The translations under genes were made by a program, and so were the position numbers. A stretch of 37,868 nt of DNA. It comes from a virus. Its lineage: Duplodnaviria; Heunggongvirae; Uroviricota; Caudoviricetes. The stretch is from the IMG/VR virus record IMGVR_UViG_3300021256_000061. One strand, given 5' to 3'. Each line of letters opens with the position of its first letter. The first letter of the stretch is position 1. This document shows, piece after piece, positions 33,066-37,868 of this stretch. The notes under the pieces were generated by a model. It was not told where the DNA came from and made no database searches. It worked only from the letters and a program-made list of their open reading frames with translations.

Positions 33066-33222
33066 ATGCTAAAGCGTGATAAGTCTCATTTAACGTCATA
33101 AGATATAAGGAAGCCTCTGAGGGTTGTATTAAAAACGAGGCAATGCAGACACCAATTCCAACCAGAATTGAAATATATCTAGTATATCTTTTTAGCCAAT
33201 TCTCAAAAATAAAGCGTTTCAT
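33064..33222 (-). CDS. 52-aa single-transmembrane protein (below the ORF-track cutoff)
   Basis: MKRFIFENWLKRYTRYISILVGIGVCIASFLIQPSEASLYLMTLNETYHALA*. TATATTTG promoter at 33262-33255. Confidence 0.5.
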   Translation of the reverse strand: MKRFIFENWLKRYTRYISILVGIGVCIASFLIQPSEASLYLMTLNETYHALA

Positions 33223-33254
33223 AATTTGTCTTTATTATAAATACTTCCTTTATA

Positions 33255-33286
33255 CAAATATAGTACAAACATTTTAAAAAAACAAC
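33255..33286 (-). promoter_or_regulatory. Bacteroidota sigma70-type promoter (GTTG-N20-TATATTTG, imperfect -33 box)
   Basis: TATATTTG at 33262-33255 upstream of the small TM ORF. Confidence 0.5.
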
Positions 33287-33294
33287 CTATTTAT
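33287..33294 (+). promoter_or_regulatory. Putative late promoter motif CTATTTAT
   Basis: Upstream of the prohead protease gene. Confidence 0.65.
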
Positions 33295-33316
33295 ATAGTA
33301 CTAACTGAAGATTTTA

Positions 33317-34036
33317 ATGGAAAAGAAAAATACATTAACCGAAATAAAAAGAGGACAAACTGGACGTGGCCTTCTCATTGAACAGGATGGCTATATGTGC
33401 TTGGAGGAATCTGATAGGAAATTCCTTAAAGAGGGCGTCCTTGAAAGCGGCGAAGCGGGGGGTTGGCATTGTCCCAATCCATTTATTGTTTCTGCTGTTT
33501 TCCAGAAATTCGGTATTGAAAACCATAATGGGCGAATATACCCAGAAGACGTTCTTAAACGTGAAGTTGAAAAATATCAAGTTAAAATACAGGAAAAGAG
33601 GGCATACGGGGAATGTAACCACCCGAGTGAGTCCGTAATTGACCTCGGTCGTGTTTGTATGAATATTGTAGAACTTCATTGGGAACAGCACACTCTGGTT
33701 GGCAAAATTGAAATCATAACCTCTGAGGCGTTTAGGCGTTCTGGCATTATTTGTTGCCTTGGCGATACTGTGGCAAATTTGCTTCTTAGTGGCCTTAAGA
33801 TTGGTGTTTCTTCTCGTGCGGTTGGTTCTGTTGAGCAGCGTTTCGGTAAAATGATTGTTGGTGATGACTTGGAACTTATTTGCTGGGATGTGGTTAGTGA
33901 CCCTAGTACGCCAAATGCTTGGATTACAGATACACCAGAAAAAGCTCAACTTTATGTTGAAAATACCCCTAAAAATGGCGAAAAAATATTCGAAAGCCTC
34001 TCAAAATTTGATGAATGGCTTGGCTTGAATAATTAA
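33317..34036 (+). CDS. Prohead core protease (T4 gp21-like)
   Basis: NHNGRIYP, catalytic-His motif GECNHP, catalytic-Ser motif IGVSSRAVGS, and DVVSDPS. Upstream of scaffold and capsid genes. Confidence 0.92.
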   Translation: MEKKNTLTEIKRGQTGRGLLIEQDGYMCLEESDRKFLKEGVLESGEAGGWHCPNPFIVSAVFQKFGIENHNGRIYPEDVLKREVEKYQVKIQEKRAYGECNHPSESVIDLGRVCMNIVELHWEQHTLVGKIEIITSEAFRRSGIICCLGDTVANLLLSGLKIGVSSRAVGSVEQRFGKMIVGDDLELICWDVVSDPSTPNAWITDTPEKAQLYVENTPKNGEKIFESLSKFDEWLGLNN

Positions 34037-34093
34037 AAATTTAACAAAATAATCATAAAATGTTGGCTGATTGCGATTTTTCGCATTTAACCA

Positions 34094-34101
34094 CTATTTA
34101 T
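34094..34101 (+). promoter_or_regulatory. Putative late promoter motif CTATTTAT
   Basis: Upstream of the scaffold-capsid operon. Confidence 0.65.
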
Positions 34102-34139
34102 TATAAAAAAATAAGGTTTTTTTAAATGCTGATTATCAA

Positions 34140-35606
34140 ATGAGCGCTAAAGATAAAAAAAATATTGCTGCTGAAGCACTAGTTACTGCCGATAATATTA
34201 AGGCCGCAATTAAGGAAGAAAGCAAAAGCACAATACAAAATCTTCTTCAAGAAGCCGTTAAAGATTACATGAGAGATGCTATTGACGGTGATGAGGACGA
34301 TTTTGAAATACAAGACGACAACGAAAAGGATGCTGCCGAAGATAATTTGAATAACGATGCAGAATCATCCACCGACGACGCTAAGGATGGTGAGTTCCCA
34401 GAAGGTGAAGACTTTAAAGAGGTACCCGATGACGAACCAGCAGCCAAAGACGGTGAAGAGGCTAAGGATGACGCCGAAGATTCATCTGAGGATGAAACCC
34501 CAGAGGAAGGTGGCGAAGATGAATGGTCTGAGTTTGACAAATTTAAGGTAGATGATGATACATATGACCTTACGGGCGAGAAAGACTACGATTCTGTAGT
34601 GAAAGTTTACAAACTCCTTAAAGATGAGGATAATATCGTCGTTAAAAAAGACGGTGACAAACTCACCTTGAAGGATGGTGCAAATGACGCTGAGTATGTG
34701 ATTGACCTTGGTGCTGACGATGAGAGTGATTCAGAGCCTGCAGAGGAACTCAAGGAAAACAACATCGCTGGTATCCCTGAAAATTTAAAAGAAAACAAAA
34801 AAAATCGTAAGACAATGAAAGAAAACAAGGAAAGAATATTCGAGGTTGACCTTGGATATACAGACAACTACCAAAAGAAAGACCCTATTGAAGGTCTATC
34901 CAACAACGAACCTGGCAAGGGTAAGGATTGGGACGAGGGACTTCCTAAAGGAACTGAAAAGCCTTGGGTTGGTGATAAAGTAAAGTCCGCAGGTGAACCT
35001 TATGAGAAGGCTGTTAATGAGACTGAAGAGCCCGCTCTTACGGATATTACTGAACCTGAAAAACCCGAAGAGGCTCCAGTGGAAGAGGCTACCAATGTTG
35101 GTGGTGCTGTCCAGGAAAGGGGTGCAGGCATAAGCCACATTCCTGCAGGACGCGAAGAGTACGTACCAGACGGAAGTCGTCACCTCTCAGCAGGCGGTGA
35201 TTACAAAGAAGTCAAACTCGCTGAATCCATTTTAGCCAAGTCCGAGGCTATTCTTAAGGAAAACAAAGAACTTAAGGCAACCCTTAACAAAGTTACCGCT
35301 CTCCTTCAGGAAGCACGCGTTGTTAACGTAAGCCTTGGAAAAGTTACTAAACTCTTCCTTGAGAACACCACCACGAAAAACGAAAAGGTGGACATTATTA
35401 ATCGCTTCAATGAAGCAAAAACAATTGAGGAATCTAATGCTCTTTATGAGTCAATTAAGAGAGAACTCAACAACACTAAGCAGAGTGTTATGCTTGAAGG
35501 AGCTTCTGCAACCGCTAAGGGTTCAGAGATTAACGAGAACAAAATCTATGAATCTAAGGACCTTCTCGATATCAGAAGTTTCATGAAAAGAATGGATAAC
35601 TGCTAA
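34140..35606 (+). CDS. Prohead core/scaffolding protein (T4 gp22-like position)
   Basis: 488 aa, acidic, with a C-terminal coiled coil and many L-x-E sites. Located between protease and major capsid genes. Confidence 0.78.
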   Translation: MSAKDKKNIAAEALVTADNIKAAIKEESKSTIQNLLQEAVKDYMRDAIDGDEDDFEIQDDNEKDAAEDNLNNDAESSTDDAKDGEFPEGEDFKEVPDDEPAAKDGEEAKDDAEDSSEDETPEEGGEDEWSEFDKFKVDDDTYDLTGEKDYDSVVKVYKLLKDEDNIVVKKDGDKLTLKDGANDAEYVIDLGADDESDSEPAEELKENNIAGIPENLKENKKNRKTMKENKERIFEVDLGYTDNYQKKDPIEGLSNNEPGKGKDWDEGLPKGTEKPWVGDKVKSAGEPYEKAVNETEEPALTDITEPEKPEEAPVEEATNVGGAVQERGAGISHIPAGREEYVPDGSRHLSAGGDYKEVKLAESILAKSEAILKENKELKATLNKVTALLQEARVVNVSLGKVTKLFLENTTTKNEKVDIINRFNEAKTIEESNALYESIKRELNNTKQSVMLEGASATAKGSEINENKIYESKDLLDIRSFMKRMDNC

Positions 35607-35650
35607 AAAACAAACGAAAAATAACAAGAAATTATAAAAGCTAAATTATT

Positions 35651-37573
35651 ATGCGCGAATTTTTAACAAGCGGTCAGGTCGGAACCATCGAACTGAACGA
35701 ACAAAGAAAAATCAGACAACAGATTACTGAGCGTTGGGACAAACTCGGAATGACCGAGGGTCTCAAGGGACTCGTAAAGGAAAATATCGCAACTCTTTAT
35801 GAGAACGAGGCAAAGCAGCTTCTTTCAGAGGCTACCGACGCTAACAACAGCGGTTCTTTCGAGACTGTGGTATTCCCTATCATCCGCCGTGTCTTCAGCA
35901 AGCTTCTTGCTAATGACATTGTCTCTGTACAGGCCATGAACCTTCCTGTAGGAAGACTTTTCTTCATGCTCCCTGTTACATCCGAGCGTAATTGGTCAAG
36001 CGACGCTATCGAAGATGGTGTTACCGCTTCTCACAATGGTCTCCAGGGCTATGAGAGGACTGACCGCCGCAACGGAAACAAATACAACCGCTTCTATCTT
36101 CCTGACGAAGTAGTTAACGGTATGGAATTCACCTACACCATGGCCGACGGTACCACTGGTACTAGCGAGACCTATGACGCAGCCGTTGAGGCCGCTGGTA
36201 AGGGTGGACATGTAGAGCAGACTAACCCTGAGGTTACTCGCTACATGAAGAAGAGCCTTTATGACCTCTTCTACAACGACTTCCTCTATGACAATTCTAA
36301 GGGTAAAATCCACATCAAGGTTGGTGACGTTACTCCTATGGGATTTGTTAAGGGTGAACTCGTAGAACTTACTGACGCTAGCCAGATTAAGCTCTATGGT
36401 GACGGTACTGTACGTAACATCATCGTTAAAGTTGGTGGTTTCTCATCATTCAACGCTGGCAAACTTACTGGTCCTGACGGAAACGAAATGGACACCGAAG
36501 CTTTCTTAGCTTCTCTCAAAGTTGTTGCTGCTAAGGCTATTGGTTCAGCTACCGCTGATACTGCTTCCTTCGCAGAGGGCGACAACATTAATTTCCGTGT
36601 TGTTACACAGAAATATGGCAAGGGTATTGTAGAGTATGCATCAGCATGCGACGCAGAAGGCTGCATCTACATTGACCTCGACCTTAGCAAGCCTGTTAAG
36701 AAGCAGGGTGCATCTATCGACGGTTACGTTGGTGTTGCTCTCGAGGACGTCGAAGACGTTATCTCTGACGCCGCTTCTCTCTTCAAGGCTGCTTGGTGCC
36801 AGTATGACTCACTTGAGCTCGAAACCGAGATGGGTGAAGTTTCCTTCAAACTTGACAGTGTAACTGTTTCAGTTGAAGAGCGTAAGCTTCGTGCAACTTG
36901 GTCTCCTGAACTCGCCCAGGACGTAAACGCATTCCACAACATCGACGCTGAAGCTGAGCTCACCGCTCTTCTCTCAGAACAGATTGCTGCTGAAATCGAC
37001 CGTGAAATTCTCCGTGACCTTCGTAAGGCTGCCCCTTGGCAGGCACGTTGGGACTACAACGGATGGCGTCGTGCAGCTGGTTTCTCAACCAACTACACCC
37101 AGAAAGACTGGAACCAGATGCTTGTTACCAAGGTTAACCAGATTTCTGCTCAGATTCACAAGTCTACCCTTCGTGGTGGTGCAAACTACATTGTAGTTTC
37201 TTCTGAAATCTCTGCAATCTTCAATGACCTTGAGTACTTCCACGTAAGTGATGCATCTGCTGAGTCAGACCAGTACAACATGGGTATTGAGCGTATCGGT
37301 TCACTCGCTGGCCGTTACCAGGTCTACATGGACCCTTATTCACCTGTTAACTCACTCATCATGGGTCACAAGGGTAAGAGCCTTCTTGACACTGGTTACA
37401 TCTATGCTCCATACATCCCTATGCAGCTTACTCCTACCATCTACAACCCTGCAAACTTCGCACCTGTTAAGGGTATCCTTACCCGTTATGCAAAGAAATG
37501 CGTTAACAACCGTTTCTATGGTGCAGTTCGCGTTGACGGCGTTGTATCTTGGGACCCTGCAGAACTTCGCTAA
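35651..37573 (+). CDS. Major capsid protein (T4 gp23-like)
   Basis: 640 aa. PIIRRVF...VQAMNLP.G..F, RKLRATWSPELAQD..AFHNIDAEAELTALLSEQIAAEIDREI, GYIYAPYIP, PVKGILTRY. Highly biased codon usage. Confidence 0.95.
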   Translation: MREFLTSGQVGTIELNEQRKIRQQITERWDKLGMTEGLKGLVKENIATLYENEAKQLLSEATDANNSGSFETVVFPIIRRVFSKLLANDIVSVQAMNLPVGRLFFMLPVTSERNWSSDAIEDGVTASHNGLQGYERTDRRNGNKYNRFYLPDEVVNGMEFTYTMADGTTGTSETYDAAVEAAGKGGHVEQTNPEVTRYMKKSLYDLFYNDFLYDNSKGKIHIKVGDVTPMGFVKGELVELTDASQIKLYGDGTVRNIIVKVGGFSSFNAGKLTGPDGNEMDTEAFLASLKVVAAKAIGSATADTASFAEGDNINFRVVTQKYGKGIVEYASACDAEGCIYIDLDLSKPVKKQGASIDGYVGVALEDVEDVISDAASLFKAAWCQYDSLELETEMGEVSFKLDSVTVSVEERKLRATWSPELAQDVNAFHNIDAEAELTALLSEQIAAEIDREILRDLRKAAPWQARWDYNGWRRAAGFSTNYTQKDWNQMLVTKVNQISAQIHKSTLRGGANYIVVSSEISAIFNDLEYFHVSDASAESDQYNMGIERIGSLAGRYQVYMDPYSPVNSLIMGHKGKSLLDTGYIYAPYIPMQLTPTIYNPANFAPVKGILTRYAKKCVNNRFYGAVRVDGVVSWDPAELR

Positions 37574-37634
37574 GCTTCGGCTTATCAGTAGTCACAAAAA
37601 ATCAACCCTCGCTTTTGGCGGGGGTTATTTTTTT
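37571..37634 (+). terminator. C(UUCG)G hairpin at the capsid stop followed by an intrinsic terminator
   Basis: taagc-ttcg-gctta (37571-37584), then aaccctcgc-ttttg-gcgggggtt with a T-tract. Confidence 0.7.
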
Positions 37635-37713
37635 ATATTTACAATACCATTACAAAGGCTTTCATTATTAATGATTGCCAAAATTTTGTCAGTTATTCGG
37701 GAAGGAATAAATT

Positions 37714-37752
37714 AAAAACGCGAGGTTAACCCCTCGCGTTTATTTTTTTTTT
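37714..37752. terminator. Bidirectional intrinsic terminator
   Basis: aaacgcgagg...cctcgcgttt flanked by A- and T-tracts. Confidence 0.7.
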
Positions 37753-37764
37753 GAAACTCTCAAA

Positions 37765-37868
37765 TTATTCTCCAACTTCGGGATACTCGTCTTCGAATTC
37801 CCCAAGGTCATTATCGACCTTTTGTGTTTCAACTTGATATTTTTGTTTAGCAATATTAACAAACTCTT
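37765..37868 (-). CDS. 3' end of a gene that begins outside the window
   Basis: ...EFVNIAKQKYQVETQKVDNDLGEFEDEYPEVGE* followed by a terminator. Confidence 0.6.
   Translation of the reverse strand, partial: EFVNIAKQKYQVETQKVDNDLGEFEDEYPEVGE

Noticed and set aside
1-37868. Stop-codon recoding (TAG read as Gln), as in Lak megaphages
   Set aside because: Genes are intact and densely packed under code 11, including a 1693-aa ORF, with no TAG-fragmented genes. TAG ends the transposase and ORF 30429, the latter directly before the next start.
1-37868. CRISPR array, tRNA genes or rRNA
   Set aside because: I saw no regularly spaced repeat-spacer units and no cloverleaf with T-loop/CCA signatures.

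Overview
This window comes from a large T4-like (myovirus-type) jumbo phage read in the standard genetic code. The host is most likely Bacteroidota, because six TTTG-N19/20-TAnnTTTG sigma70 promoters sit upstream of non-structural genes. The right end holds the head module: gp21-like prohead protease, gp22-like scaffold and gp23-like major capsid protein. The left and middle carry RecD2, a UvrD-like helicase, nucleases, an IS1595 transposase and a proteostasis/translation cluster (Hsp20, IF-1, an AAA+ ATPase, ClpX, ClpC-like). The most striking unexplained signal is an apparent head-cargo system with four parts. (i) Fourteen copies of a CTATTTA(T/C) motif mark a putative late regulon. (ii) About ten otherwise unrelated proteins in that regulon share an amphipathic '(I/L)-x-E-x-Q-(L/I)-R-K-(I/M)-V-x-E-S' helix, and one copy is duplicated at the DNA level. 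(iii) A 1693-aa polyvalent protein carries (I/L)-x-E|S/N sites, matching T4 gp21 cleavage specificity, at essentially every domain boundary; its domains are ART-like, Zn ribbon, WG repeats, metallopeptidase and nucleotidyltransferase. (iv) A candidate programmed -1 frameshift (A9 run plus a 10-bp hairpin 6 nt downstream) would fuse a 546-aa acidic core protein to the next ORF. All family assignments come from motif recognition by eye; no database searches were run.
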